Position numbers and translations under genes: made by a program
The notes under the pieces: generated by a model
What the model was told of the DNA's origin: nothing
Seen by the model: the letters and a program-made list of their open reading frames with translations, nothing else
The model's database searches: none
In this document: positions 20,156 to 29,655 of the stretch, one piece after another
Layout: each line of letters opens with the position of its first letter
How positions within the stretch are numbered: position 1 is the stretch's first letter
NCBI GenBank assembly: GCA_903835075.1
Contig: CAILLM010000003.1
Coordinates: forward strand, 1,002 to 65,001
DNA from: Candidatus Staskawiczbacteria bacterium
Lineage (GTDB): Bacteria > Patescibacteriota > Minisyncoccia > Minisyncoccales > Staskawiczbacteraceae
Reading direction: 5' to 3'
Length of the DNA: 64,000 nucleotides

Positions 20156-20590
20156 TTATAAAATCTCTATTTTTTGACCTTCTTTTATTTTTACTACTGC
20201 TTTTTTAAAAGATTTTCTAAAACCTTCTGTTTTTCCTAATCTTCTTTTCTTTGCTGGAATTTTTATTATATTAACTGATAAAACGTTTACTCCATAAATT
20301 CCTTCCACTGCATCTTTAATTTCATGTTTGTTATAATTTGGAGCAACTTCAAATGTGTATTGGTCTTTTTCAGCTAAATATGATGCTTTTTCTGATATAT
20401 GTGGTTGTTTTACAGCTTCATATGAGAATTTTCCATTTTTAGCAACTGTTTTAGCTGGCTTTACTGCTGAGACTGTTTTTTCTTCTTTATTATCTTCTTT
20501 TGCAACTAAAGGTTTCTTAACCGATTTTTTAACGGGTTTTTTAGCCTTTGCAGCGTCTTCTTTATTTTTTAAAAAGTCTAATATTGCCAT
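20156..20590 (-). CDS. rplW: 50S ribosomal protein L23 with Lys-rich N-terminal extension
   Basis: PHISEKA, NKHEIK.AVE.IYGV.V..VN, KKAVV. Confidence 0.95.
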   Translation of the reverse strand: MAILDFLKNKEDAAKAKKPVKKSVKKPLVAKEDNKEEKTVSAVKPAKTVAKNGKFSYEAVKQPHISEKASYLAEKDQYTFEVAPNYNKHEIKDAVEGIYGVNVLSVNIIKIPAKKRRLGKTEGFRKSFKKAVVKIKEGQKIEIL

Positions 20591-20594
20591 AATT

Positions 20595-21224
20595 CTATTT
20601 AGTGAATGTATTTTCTATTGTCTTAATGCTTTCCTTTGTCAACAATAAATACTTTGAAGTTAATAATTGCAAAACATTGATATTTCTTGCGTCTTCTACG
20701 TAAGTTTTCTTTATGTTCCTTGTGGCCATAAAAATCTTTTTATCGTAATTTGGCAATGCAACTAATGTTCCTGCATTTTTACATGGCAATTTCATTAATG
20801 AGTTAGCCATTTCTTTTGTCTTTCCTTTTTCAAGCTTAATTTCGTCTAAAATTACCAAACATTTATTTCTTGCTTTCTCAGACAAAACCATAAACAAAGC
20901 TTTTCTTCTCATTTTTATAGGAATATCTTTAGCAAAAATTCTATCTGTGCGGGGACCATGTGTAATTCCTCCACCTTTCCATATTGGGGAGCGGCTTGAA
21001 CCGTGTCTGGCGCGTCCTGTGGACTTTTGTTTCCATGGCTTCTTTCCACCTCCTCTAACTTCTCCTCTTGTTTTTGTGTGTGCTGAAATCTGCCTTTTGT
21101 TTGCAGACAAGGAAACTGACACTTGGTGCACTAAATCAGCGTTAAACTTTACATCAAAAATTTCTTTTGGTAAAGTAGCGCTTCCTGTGACTTCTCCGTT
21201 TTGATTGTAGATGTCTGTCTTCAT
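20595..21224 (-). CDS. rplD: 50S ribosomal protein L4
   Basis: TKTRGEVRGGGKKPWKQK.TGRARHGS; ATG at 21224 preferred over track start. Confidence 0.98.
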   Translation of the reverse strand: MKTDIYNQNGEVTGSATLPKEIFDVKFNADLVHQVSVSLSANKRQISAHTKTRGEVRGGGKKPWKQKSTGRARHGSSRSPIWKGGGITHGPRTDRIFAKDIPIKMRRKALFMVLSEKARNKCLVILDEIKLEKGKTKEMANSLMKLPCKNAGTLVALPNYDKKIFMATRNIKKTYVEDARNINVLQLLTSKYLLLTKESIKTIENTFTK

Positions 21225-21234
21225 GGTTTTAAAA

Positions 21235-21831
21235 TTAACCTCTAATTTCCAATAGCGTGCTTTTTGTTCCTGGAACTGCACCCTTGATTACTAATAAATT
21301 ATTTTCTGGGTCAACTTTCATTATTTTTAATCCTTTAACCGAAATTCTTTCAGAACCCATTCTACCTGGCATTTTTCTTCCTTTTATAACGTGTTGAGGG
21401 AACCTTGATCCTGTTGAACCAATTTCTCTTTCTTCGTGTTTTACACCGTGAGTGGCGTTTCTTCCATGCATACCGTGTCTTTTAACTCCTCCTTGGAATC
21501 CCTTTCCTTTTGATATTCCGGAAACTTTAACAATATCTCCTTCTTGGAAACTTGAAACTGTTATTTCATCGCCAACATTTAAATCATTTATGGCTTCTCC
21601 TCTGTATTCTTTAATGTGTCTGTATTCCTTACCTTTCATGGATTTGCCTATTTTGCTCTTTTTCTCAATTTTTTTAAAACCTATTTGTAGGGCTTCATAT
21701 CCTTCTTTTTCAATATTTTTCTTTTGTAAAACAGAGCAAGGCCCAACCACAACCAAAGTAACTGGCGTCATTTTGCCGTTTTTATCAAACATTTGAGTCA
21801 TTCCAATTTTATTTCCTAGTATAAATTTCAT
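21235..21831 (-). CDS. rplC: 50S ribosomal protein L3
   Basis: KIGMTQ, SKGKGFQG.VKRH, KGAVPG. Confidence 0.99.
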   Translation of the reverse strand: MKFILGNKIGMTQMFDKNGKMTPVTLVVVGPCSVLQKKNIEKEGYEALQIGFKKIEKKSKIGKSMKGKEYRHIKEYRGEAINDLNVGDEITVSSFQEGDIVKVSGISKGKGFQGGVKRHGMHGRNATHGVKHEEREIGSTGSRFPQHVIKGRKMPGRMGSERISVKGLKIMKVDPENNLLVIKGAVPGTKSTLLEIRG

Positions 21832-21848
21832 TTTTTTTCTTATTAACT

Positions 21849-21928
21849 AAAAATGGGCTATGCCCATTTTTTCCACCACTTGGCGGACTGGCAATGTTGT
21901 TAGCTCGACTCCGCAGAGCGGAATCGGC
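21849..21928. promoter_or_regulatory. Multi-hairpin spacer between rpsJ and rplC
   Basis: aaaaatgggc-tat-gcccattttt; tccaccacttggcgga; cgactccgc-aga-gcggaatcg. Confidence 0.45.
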
Positions 21929-21977
21929 AAGTTAACTATCGCGAATTAACTGATTTATGTTGTAATTAAGTATGTTA

Positions 21978-22394
21978 CTAAATTTTTATCGTAATGTCAA
22001 CACCAGATGGCAAATTTAAATCTCTTAGTGATTCTATAATTTCTGCATTTGGATTTAAAATGTCAATAATTCTTTTATGAACTCTCATTTCAAATTGCTC
22101 TCTTGCATTTTTGTGTACAAAAGAAGATCTGTTCACGGTGTATTTAAGAATTTCTGTTGGAAGTGGTACTGGCCCTGAAACTTCAGCTCCAAATCTGTTG
22201 GCAATATCAATTATCTGCTTGGCAGAATTATCAATAATTTTATGATCATAAGCTTTCAATTTTATGCGAAGCTTAAGACCTGCTATTTCAACAGCCTTAG
22301 GATTTACTTTTGCCTCGTCTTTTCTTGCTTTTCCGCCCAAGGCGGATCCGCCTAGGGCGGACTTTTTTACGATGGTTTTTTTAGTAGCTGGCAT
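21978..22394 (-). CDS. rpsJ: 30S ribosomal protein S10 with N-terminal extension
   Basis: RIKLKAYDH, GPVPLPT, REQFEMRVHKR. Confidence 0.99.
   Translation of the reverse strand: MPATKKTIVKKSALGGSALGGKARKDEAKVNPKAVEIAGLKLRIKLKAYDHKIIDNSAKQIIDIANRFGAEVSGPVPLPTEILKYTVNRSSFVHKNAREQFEMRVHKRIIDILNPNAEIIESLRDLNLPSGVDITIKI
22332..22361. repeat. Tandem pair of 15-bp palindromes in-frame in rpsJ (SALGG x2)
   Basis: tccgcccaaggcgga tccgcctagggcgga. Confidence 0.85.
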
Positions 22395-22395
22395 T

Positions 22396-23592
22396 TTATT
22401 TTACAATTTTGGTTACTACTCCTGCTCCGACTGTTTTTCCGCCTTCTCTAATGGCAAATTTGCTCTTTTCTTCCAAAGCAACAGGTACAATTAATTTAAC
22501 TGTTAATTGAGCTGTATCTCCAGGCATAACCATTTCTGTTCCTGCTGGCAATGTTACGTCTCCTGTAATATCAGATGTTCTGATGTAAAGTTGTGGTTTG
22601 TATCCTGAGAAAAATGGAGTATGTCTTCCACCTTCATCTTTGGACAAAACATAAACTTCTGCTTCAAATTCTGTGTGAGGAGTAATAGAACCTGGTTTGC
22701 AAAGAACTTGTCCTCTTTCAATGTCTTCTTTTTTCAAGCCTCTTAACAAAATTCCAACGTTATCTCCCGCTCTTCCTTCGTCTAAGCTCTTTTGAAACAT
22801 TTCAACAGATACAACAACTGCTTTTTGGGTTGGTCTTAATCCTACAATTTCAATTTCTTCGTTTGGATGGATTACTCCTCTTTCAATTCTTCCTGTTGCA
22901 ACTGTTCCTCTTCCTTCAATTGAAAATACGTCTTCAATGGCCATTGAGAATGGTTTGTCCAATTCTCTGGCTGGTTCAGGAATGTAGTTATCACAAGCAT
23001 CTAACAATTCAACAATTGGCTTGACTGCTTCGTCATCAACTGAAGTTGCGGCCAAAGCTTTTGTAGCAGAACCTCTTATAATTGGAGTTTCATCTCCTGG
23101 GTAGCCATTTTTCTTTAATAATTCTCTGATTTCTGATTCAACCAAATCCAAAATTTCAGGATCATCAACCATATCGCATTTATTCATGAAAACAAGCAAT
23201 GATGGCAAACCAACTTGTCTGGCCAACAAAATGTGTTCTTTTGTTTGTGGCATTGGTCCGTCTGGTGCAGATACTAAAAGAATACCTCCATCCATTTGAG
23301 CGGCTCCTGTAATCATGTTTTTGATGTAGTCGGCGTGACCTGGGCAGTCAATTAAAGCATAGTGTCTTTTTGGTGTTTCACATTCCAAGTGAGTAATAGA
23401 AATGGTAACTCCTCTGGATTTTTCTTCTGGGGAAGCATCAATTTGATCAACGTCTCTGTCGGAAGACTTAAAACCGCGCAATTTTGAAACTTTCATAATT
23501 GCAGCTGACAATGTGGTTTTTCCGTGATCAACGTGACCAATTGTACCAATGTTTACGTGAGGTTTAGACCTCTCAAATTTTTCTGTTGCCAT
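22396..23592 (-). CDS. tuf: Elongation factor Tu
   Basis: [31 protein letters not shown]. Confidence 0.99.
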   Translation of the reverse strand: MATEKFERSKPHVNIGTIGHVDHGKTTLSAAIMKVSKLRGFKSSDRDVDQIDASPEEKSRGVTISITHLECETPKRHYALIDCPGHADYIKNMITGAAQMDGGILLVSAPDGPMPQTKEHILLARQVGLPSLLVFMNKCDMVDDPEILDLVESEIRELLKKNGYPGDETPIIRGSATKALAATSVDDEAVKPIVELLDACDNYIPEPARELDKPFSMAIEDVFSIEGRGTVATGRIERGVIHPNEEIEIVGLRPTQKAVVVSVEMFQKSLDEGRAGDNVGILLRGLKKEDIERGQVLCKPGSITPHTEFEAEVYVLSKDEGGRHTPFFSGYKPQLYIRTSDITGDVTLPAGTEMVMPGDTAQLTVKLIVPVALEEKSKFAIREGGKTVGAGVVTKIVK

Positions 23593-23716
23593 TTTTACTT
23601 TTTTTCTGTCGCCATAGACCTGGCAACAGATATTATTATTTTTTTATTATTTATTTTTTTAACGTATTATAATCTTATTATATTATTTTAAATAAGTCAA
23701 CACCCTTATGCAAACA

Positions 23717-23744
23717 TTGACTTCATTATCAAATTGATTATACT
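23717..23744 (+). promoter_or_regulatory. Sigma70-like promoter for the small + strand ORFs
   Basis: TTGACT-16 bp-TATACT. Confidence 0.6.
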
Positions 23745-23791
23745 TTATCTAACGCTGTTTGACAATCTCTAACCATAAACCAGCAATCGCC

Positions 23792-24058
23792 ATGAAAGAA
23801 TACCAAAGAATATCTGCACCGAACGAGAACGCGCTCAACGAGAAACTCGCCATAATGGTTAAGAATGGATGGCAACTATGCCCCGGATGCTATCAATCTG
23901 TCTCATTTAAGATCTACGAGCCATCGCAGGGTAAAAATGTAATAGCGCATTCTCTCTCCGTAATAATGGAGCGGGAAATCCCTGAAAAAAAGATTATCAA
24001 AGCGAAACAACCGACAAAAATTACTACAAAGCAAACCACGAAAGGAAAACGGAAATGA
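23792..24058 (+). CDS. Small hypothetical protein (DUF1737/DUF4177-like 'GW' family possible)
   Basis: LNEKL..MVKNGWQ...MEREIPE; ATG 23792. Confidence 0.6.
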   Translation: MKEYQRISAPNENALNEKLAIMVKNGWQLCPGCYQSVSFKIYEPSQGKNVIAHSLSVIMEREIPEKKIIKAKQPTKITTKQTTKGKRK

Positions 24059-24207
24059 AACATTTTGAATGGGCAACCGATGAATGGGGCCAAACAATAT
24101 GCTTAGAACGGGAAATTCCTGAACCGCCATTAGCTCAACGAGCCGTCAAACCCAAACAACCGGCAAAAATTACTACAAAGAAAACTACGAAAAAAAGTCG
24201 GAAATGA
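24055..24207 (+). CDS. 50-aa paralogue of neighbours (not in ORF track)
   Basis: MKHFEWATDEWGQTICLEREIPEPPLAQRAVKPKQPAKITTKKTTKKSRK; ATGA overlaps on both sides. Confidence 0.55.
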   Translation: MKHFEWATDEWGQTICLEREIPEPPLAQRAVKPKQPAKITTKKTTKKSRK

Positions 24208-24428
24208 AACGATTCGAAAATGAATGGACGGGCGCGCAAGGTCTCAATGAATTACAGACTATGTGCGATAGGCTAGGGAAGGAAGGCTGGCAAGTTACGG
24301 CTGTATTTGTTAAGACCCTCGGCGAACATGAGTCCGAATGGGGTGCATGGCTCACACGGGAAATTACCGAACCAACGCCCGCTGAGTTACCTACCACTCC
24401 TCCGCCTGCTGGCTATACGGCTGGGTAA
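24204..24428 (+). CDS. Small hypothetical protein (DUF4177-like)
   Basis: LNEL...LGKEGWQV...LTREITE. Confidence 0.6.
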   Translation: MKRFENEWTGAQGLNELQTMCDRLGKEGWQVTAVFVKTLGEHESEWGAWLTREITEPTPAELPTTPPPAGYTAG

Positions 24429-24562
24429 GATTTTCAAGTCGCAATGCGCCAAAATTCTGAAATTTCAGAACGAGGCGCTCTTTTTTTTACTTCAAAAAAA
24501 ACACAATCAACTACATAAAAAATTCCAAAATCTCAAATCTCAAAACTGAAAAACTCTTAAAT

Positions 24563-24590
24563 AACTTTTTTGCCACGTGGCAAAAAAGTT
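24563..24590. repeat. 28-bp perfect palindrome, downstream copy flanking PaaX-like gene 1
   Basis: aacttttttgccacgtggcaaaaaagtt; identical to 25165-25192. Confidence 0.97.
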
Positions 24591-24591
24591 T

Positions 24592-25131
24592 TCATTTTAT
24601 ACCAAATTTAAATTTAATGCCATCTTGTCCATCTATGTAATCCAATAAACCAAACCTAATATATTTTTTAATTTTAAAAAACTCCACCAAGGACTCAATC
24701 TCATTTTTACACTCATAAGGATATAAAAATATGCTTTCTTGCATTTCATAGAATCCCCCAGTTTTAAGCCTATATACTAGTGCTTTTCTACCCTTTTCGC
24801 ATTCTCTGGGTATATCGAAGGCGACCATTCTCCATTTACCGTCCCATTTCTCTCTTTTATAATTAAGCCGCCTAAATTTATAATTTATTGCCCGTAGAAT
24901 TCCTTTTTCAGTTAAGGAAACCAAAACCAACCCTTCATAATTTTTCTTTTTTTCAATTAATTTTTCTTTCTCCAGGTCGTTCACAGCCGAAGTCAACTGC
25001 TTTCCAGTATAAGAATGAATATCTTTCAACACCAGATTTATAATAAAAAATCTGGCATCACCATGCGCACCCATCTTTTCTCTGCTTAGATAATAAATAT
25101 TCCACAATATCTCCTCCAAAATTTCTCTCAT
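24592..25131 (-). CDS. PaaX-like protein (winged HTH plus Cas2-like central domain)
   Basis: LTEKG wing motif; KWDGKWRMVAFDIP...GF..MQESIF. Confidence 0.85.
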   Translation of the reverse strand: MREILEEILWNIYYLSREKMGAHGDARFFIINLVLKDIHSYTGKQLTSAVNDLEKEKLIEKKKNYEGLVLVSLTEKGILRAINYKFRRLNYKREKWDGKWRMVAFDIPRECEKGRKALVYRLKTGGFYEMQESIFLYPYECKNEIESLVEFFKIKKYIRFGLLDYIDGQDGIKFKFGIK

Positions 25132-25137
25132 AAATTT

Positions 25138-25166
25138 ATTATATTATTTTCATTTCTCAAATACAA
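25138..25166 (-). promoter_or_regulatory. Sigma70-like promoter of PaaX-like gene 1, probably leaderless
   Basis: TTGTAT-17 bp-TATAAT-6 bp-ATG; -35 overlaps the palindrome edge. Confidence 0.65.
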
Positions 25167-25192
25167 CTTTTTTGCCACGTGGCAAAAAAGTT
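25165..25192. repeat. 28-bp perfect palindrome, upstream copy (operator-like)
   Basis: aacttttttgccacgtggcaaaaaagtt. Confidence 0.97.
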
Positions 25193-25227
25193 ACTGCAAT
25201 CATATAATATATAATATCTATGTATTA

Positions 25228-25264
25228 AAAAACTCCGCGTGATATTCAAAGATGCGGAGTTTTT
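25228..25264 (-). terminator. Terminator after fusA
   Basis: aaaaactccgcgt...atgcggagttttt. Confidence 0.75.
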
Positions 25265-25276
25265 AAAATTATTATT

Positions 25277-27352
25277 TTATTTGCGTTTGCCGTCGATAAT
25301 TTCTTGAGCTACGTTTGCAGGGACCTGTTCATAACTGCTAAATTCCATATTAAAGCTTGCTCTTCCTTCAGTTAATGACCTAATTGATGTTGCATATCCA
25401 AATGTTTCACTTAATGGAACTGTTGCATCAACAACTTTCATACCTGCTCTTTCTGATGTTTCTTTAATTTGTCCTCTGCGCGAGCTTATGTCGGAAATAA
25501 CTTGGCCGAAGAAATCTTCAGGTGTTACAACTTCCATTTTCATAACAGGCTCTAAAATAACAGGCCTGGCTGCTTTTGCTGCTTTTTGAAAAGCCATACT
25601 TCCGGCAATTTTAAAGGCAAATTCTGAAGAGTCAACTTCGTGGAAAGAACCGTCATATAATGTAACTTCCACGTCAACCATTGGATATCCTGCAACAACT
25701 CCCTTATCCATGGCTTCAACAACTCCTTTTTCAACTGGCTTAATAAATTCTTTTGGAATAGAACCTCCTCTAATTTCATCAACAAATTCAAATCCTGCAC
25801 CTCTTTCTTTTGGTTTAACAGTAAGCATAACGTGTCCATATTGTCCTTTTCCTCCAGACTGTCTAGCATATTTTTCTTCTCCATTTGCTTCAGCAGTAAT
25901 TGTTTCACGGTAAGCTACTTGTGGCTTTCCATAGTTAGCTTCAACGTGAAATTCTCTTCTTAATCTGTCAGCAATAATGTCTAAGTGCAATTCTCCCATA
26001 CCGGAAATAATTGTTTCTCCGGTTTCCAAATCTTCTTTAATTCTAAATGTTGGATCTTCTTCTGTAAGTTTCCTAATAGACATAATAAGTTTTTCTTGAT
26101 CAACTTTTGTCTTAGGCTCAACTCTAATTCCAATAACTGGTTCTGGAAATACAATTTTTTCTAATATAACTGGGGCTGATTTGTCGCACAATGTGTGTCC
26201 CGTGCTGGTTGCTTTTAATCCAACTGTTGCTCCAATTTCTCCTGCATAAATAATATCAAGTTCTTGCCTTTCATCGGCGTGCATTCTTAAAATTCTGGCA
26301 ATTCTTTCTTGTTCACCAGTATTTGCGTTTAATACATATGAACCTTTTTGTAAAAATCCGGAATAAACTCTAAAGAAAGTTAATGTTCCCACATATGGGT
26401 CGGTTGCAATTTTAAAAACCAAGGCAGAAAATGGCTCTGTATCTGACGAGTGTCTTTCTATTACAGCCCCTGTTTTAGGGTCTGTGCCTTGTTGAGCTGG
26501 CACTTCTAATGGAGAAGGCAACAATTCAACAACTGCGTCCAAAATTGTTTGTACGCCCTTATTTTTTAAAGCTGAACCACAAAAAACCGGAATTAATTTA
26601 TAGTTTAAAACTGCTTTTCTTAATACTGCTTTAATTTCTTCGGCGGTTATTTCTTTTCCTTCTAAGAATTTTTCTGTTAAAACATCATCTTCTCCTGCAA
26701 CTTTTTCAATCATTTTCTTATGCCACATATCAGCTTCTGCCTTCCATTCTTCTGGAATTTCTTTTTCAACAACTGTAATTCCTTTTTCTCCTTCAAAAAA
26801 TAAAGCTTTCATTTTCATTAAATCAACAACTCCTTCTAAGTTTTCCTCTAATCCCATTGGAAATGATACTGCAACTGCATTTGGAGTTAATTTTGTTAAA
26901 ATTGATTGAAAACTTTTTTCAAAAGAGGCTCCCATTCTGTCTAATTTGTTTACAAAACAAATTCTAGGCACCATATATTTGTCTGCTTGCCTCCATACTG
27001 TTTCAGATTGTGGTTCCACACCGGCAACTCCATCAAAAACAACAACAGCTCCGTCTAAAACTCTAAGCGAGCGTTGAACTTCAGCTGTAAAATCAATGTG
27101 GCCAGGAGTATCAATAAGGTTGATTTGATGGTCTCTCCAATACATGGTTGTGGCAGCAGAAGTAATTGTTATACCCCTTTCTCTTTCCTGCACCATCCAG
27201 TCCATAGTGGCTTCTCCTTCGTGAACTTCTCCAATTTTGTGAGAAACACCGGTATAAAAAAGTAAACGCTCGGAAAAAGTTGTTTTTCCGGCGTCAATGT
27301 GAGCAATAATACCTATATTTCTTAAAGATTCTAAAGGATGTTGTCGAGCCAT
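25277..27352 (-). CDS. fusA: Elongation factor G
   Basis: [28 protein letters not shown]. Confidence 0.99.
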   Translation of the reverse strand: MARQHPLESLRNIGIIAHIDAGKTTFSERLLFYTGVSHKIGEVHEGEATMDWMVQERERGITITSAATTMYWRDHQINLIDTPGHIDFTAEVQRSLRVLDGAVVVFDGVAGVEPQSETVWRQADKYMVPRICFVNKLDRMGASFEKSFQSILTKLTPNAVAVSFPMGLEENLEGVVDLMKMKALFFEGEKGITVVEKEIPEEWKAEADMWHKKMIEKVAGEDDVLTEKFLEGKEITAEEIKAVLRKAVLNYKLIPVFCGSALKNKGVQTILDAVVELLPSPLEVPAQQGTDPKTGAVIERHSSDTEPFSALVFKIATDPYVGTLTFFRVYSGFLQKGSYVLNANTGEQERIARILRMHADERQELDIIYAGEIGATVGLKATSTGHTLCDKSAPVILEKIVFPEPVIGIRVEPKTKVDQEKLIMSIRKLTEEDPTFRIKEDLETGETIISGMGELHLDIIADRLRREFHVEANYGKPQVAYRETITAEANGEEKYARQSGGKGQYGHVMLTVKPKERGAGFEFVDEIRGGSIPKEFIKPVEKGVVEAMDKGVVAGYPMVDVEVTLYDGSFHEVDSSEFAFKIAGSMAFQKAAKAARPVILEPVMKMEVVTPEDFFGQVISDISSRRGQIKETSERAGMKVVDATVPLSETFGYATSIRSLTEGRASFNMEFSSYEQVPANVAQEIIDGKRK

Positions 27353-27397
27353 ATAATACTTAATTTATAATTTTTAATTTAAAATTTCTGATTTACT

Positions 27398-27510
27398 AGC
27401 GAGGCAGTGAATTCGAAGCGTACCCTGCAGGCCCGCCCAGGGCGGGCCGAAGCCTGAGTGAGTTGCGCGCTGGCGCAACGAACGCTAGCGGAGAATTCAC
27501 TGCCGAGCGA
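27398..27510 (+). repeat. GA-hairpin element, subfamily A (113 bp)
   Basis: agcgaggcagtgaattc...gaattcactgccgagcga; near-identical to 52139-52250. Confidence 0.95.
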
Positions 27511-27511
27511 T

Positions 27512-27976
27512 TTATCTAGCAAATCTGGCGAAAGCTTTGTTAGCTTCGGCCATTCTGTGAGTATCTGCTTTCTTTTTGATAGCGTTTCCTTGGTTATTGA
27601 CGCAATCCATTAATTCAGCGGCTAATTTTTCTGCCATTGGCTTTCCTTTTTTACCGCGAGCTGCATCTAAAATCCATTTTGTAGCTAAGGCTAATCTTCT
27701 TTCTCCTCTTACTTCCATAGGAACCTGATAGGTTGCACCTCCAATTCTTTTTGGCTTTACTTCTAAAAGTGGGGAAGCATTTTCAATAGCTAATTTAAAA
27801 ATCTCCAAAGGTTCTTTCTTTGTTTTTTCTTTTATAATTTCAAAAGCTTCGTAAACAATTTTTTGAGCAATTGTTTTCTTTCCGCTCTTCATTACTTTAT
27901 TTATAAACTGAGATACAACAACTTCATTGTAAACTCCGTCTGGTGATACTTTATGTTTTTTATAAGCTCTTCTCAT
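27512..27976 (-). CDS. rpsG: 30S ribosomal protein S7
   Basis: [21 protein letters not shown]. Confidence 0.99.
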   Translation of the reverse strand: MRRAYKKHKVSPDGVYNEVVVSQFINKVMKSGKKTIAQKIVYEAFEIIKEKTKKEPLEIFKLAIENASPLLEVKPKRIGGATYQVPMEVRGERRLALATKWILDAARGKKGKPMAEKLAAELMDCVNNQGNAIKKKADTHRMAEANKAFARFAR

Positions 27977-27985
27977 AGGTTTTTA

Positions 27986-28399
27986 TTATGCTTTTACTTT
28001 TTTAGTTCCGTATCTACTTCTTGTTTGCTTTCTATTTTCAACACCAGCAGTATCCAACACTCCTCTAACAATGTGATATCTTACACCTGGTAAATCTTTA
28101 ACTCTTCCGCCTCTAATTAAAACAATTGAGTGCTCTTGCAAATTGTGTCCTTCTCCTGGGATGTATGCTGTAACTTCCATACCATTTGACAACTTTACTC
28201 TTGCTACTTTTCTTAAAGCTGAGTTTGGTTTTTTAGGTGTTTGTGTAAAAACCTTGATACAAACCCCTCTTTTAAATGGCGAGGAATATCTTGAAGTTTT
28301 GTTTCTTAAAACATTAAAACCGCGTTGCAAGGCAACACCTTTTTTTGCTTTCTTTTTATTCTTTCTATTTTTCTTAACTAATTGATGTATTGTTGGCAT
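27986..28399 (-). CDS. rpsL: 30S ribosomal protein S12
   Basis: [22 protein letters not shown]. Confidence 0.99.
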   Translation of the reverse strand: MPTIHQLVKKNRKNKKKAKKGVALQRGFNVLRNKTSRYSSPFKRGVCIKVFTQTPKKPNSALRKVARVKLSNGMEVTAYIPGEGHNLQEHSIVLIRGGRVKDLPGVRYHIVRGVLDTAGVENRKQTRSRYGTKKVKA

Positions 28400-28452
28400 A
28401 ATAATAAAACAAACGCAAAGTGCGTATGTAATAACAGTTTAGCAAAATTTAT

Positions 28453-29091
28453 TTATAATGTCAACATATGTCCGGTAATTATTTGGAAAATAAAGCTTGT
28501 AATGCTAAACCAAATACTTCCTCCAAACAAAATTAACAAAACCAATATCATAACTCCATATTGCCGTAAAAAGTTTTCCACATTTCTGGCACTAGCAGGT
28601 AGAAAACTAAATAAAATCCAAGAACCGTCTAGTGGAGGAATTGGAATAAGGTTAAAAACTGCCAACCAAATGTTTATCATAACAATATAGCTAAGTGCAA
28701 TTTCTATTCCTGGGTTAGCAGAAATAATTCCATAAGGAATAAACCGCAGAATTAACCCAAAAAATATTGCCAATGAAAAATTTGACAATGGACCTGCTAT
28801 GGAAACTTTTACTTCTCCATATTTTTTATCTCTAAAATTATAAGGGTTAATTGGTACTGGTTTTGCCCAACCAAACAAAAATGGGCTGTGTAAGATAAAT
28901 AAAAGCAATGGTAAAATAACCGAACCAAACGGGTCTAAATGCTTTAAAGGGTTTACTGTTAGCCTGCCTGCGTATTTTGCAGTTGGGTCACCCAACGAAT
29001 AAGCCACATAGCCGTGAGCTAATTCATGTATAATCACCGAAAAAAGAAAAACAACCAAAGATAAAATTGTAATAATTATTGTTGGATCCAT
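28453..29091 (-). CDS. Site-2 protease (M50) family membrane metalloprotease
   Basis: HELAH, AGP, FNLIPIPPLDG; ATG 29091 preferred. Confidence 0.95.
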   Translation of the reverse strand: MDPTIIITILSLVVFLFSVIIHELAHGYVAYSLGDPTAKYAGRLTVNPLKHLDPFGSVILPLLLFILHSPFLFGWAKPVPINPYNFRDKKYGEVKVSIAGPLSNFSLAIFFGLILRFIPYGIISANPGIEIALSYIVMINIWLAVFNLIPIPPLDGSWILFSFLPASARNVENFLRQYGVMILVLLILFGGSIWFSITSFIFQIITGHMLTL

Positions 29092-29201
29092 AAGTTTACG
29101 TAGCGTAGCGATATATTTTTTTATAATACACCATATTCTCAATACTTGCAAAATATATTATATAATGGTAAGATAATTCTATAAAAAGATAAATAAAACT
29201 T

Positions 29202-29390
29202 ATGGCAGAAAAAACATGTACAATTTGTAGTAAAAAATCCTCAATGAAAACAGTTTTGGTTAAATTAAGAGGAAAATATAATCCAACAACAAAAGTTAGA
29301 ACAAAACCAAATCTTCAATGGATGCGAACATCAGCTGGCAAAAGAATTTTAGCTTGCACTAAATGCATCAAGCGCTCAACTAAAATATAA
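29202..29390 (+). CDS. rpmB: 50S ribosomal protein L28
   Basis: CxxC..., PNLQ, CTKC. Confidence 0.85.
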   Translation: MAEKTCTICSKKSSMKTVLVKLRGKYNPTTKVRTKPNLQWMRTSAGKRILACTKCIKRSTKI

Positions 29391-29405
29391 TACGTTTTAA
29401 AAAAT

Positions 29406-29432
29406 AAAAAGCGGCCTTCTGGTCGTTTTTTT
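29406..29432. terminator. Bidirectional terminator between rpmB and tRNA
   Basis: aaaaagcggcc-ttct-ggtcgttttttt. Confidence 0.65.
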
Positions 29433-29445
29433 GTTGTGAAATTTG

Positions 29446-29516
29446 TCGGGATACTGAGATTTGAACTCAGACTAAATCCACCCCATGGACTCGTGCTACC
29501 GTTACACTATATCCCG
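29446..29516 (-). tRNA. tRNA-Pro (anticodon GGG), CCA not encoded
   Basis: Acceptor CGGGATA/TATCCCG, D arm GTGT/GCAC, anticodon arm AGTCC-AT GGG GT-GGATT, T arm CTGAG-TTCAAAT-CTCAG. Confidence 0.95.
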
Positions 29517-29555
29517 AAATATTTTATTTTATATTATAACAATATTGTTCTAATA

Positions 29556-29584
29556 TTGACAACTAAATCTGAAAGACGTAGTAT
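29556..29584 (+). promoter_or_regulatory. Sigma70-like promoter
   Basis: TTGACA-17 bp-TAGTAT. Confidence 0.6.
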
Positions 29585-29655
29585 GTAGTTGATAAAACAT
29601 TTTCTTTGAAAATTAGTCAACCATACCAACCAAACCATCCACGCCAATCAAACCA

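Noticed and set aside
84..22494. Many + strand ORFs opposite ribosomal genes
   Set aside because: Antisense shadows of well-supported minus-strand genes with no recognisable motifs.
24592..25131. CRISPR-Cas locus suggested by Cas2-like motifs (also 48605-49132)
   Set aside because: No repeat-spacer array and no cas1 or other cas genes; only two repeats per gene.
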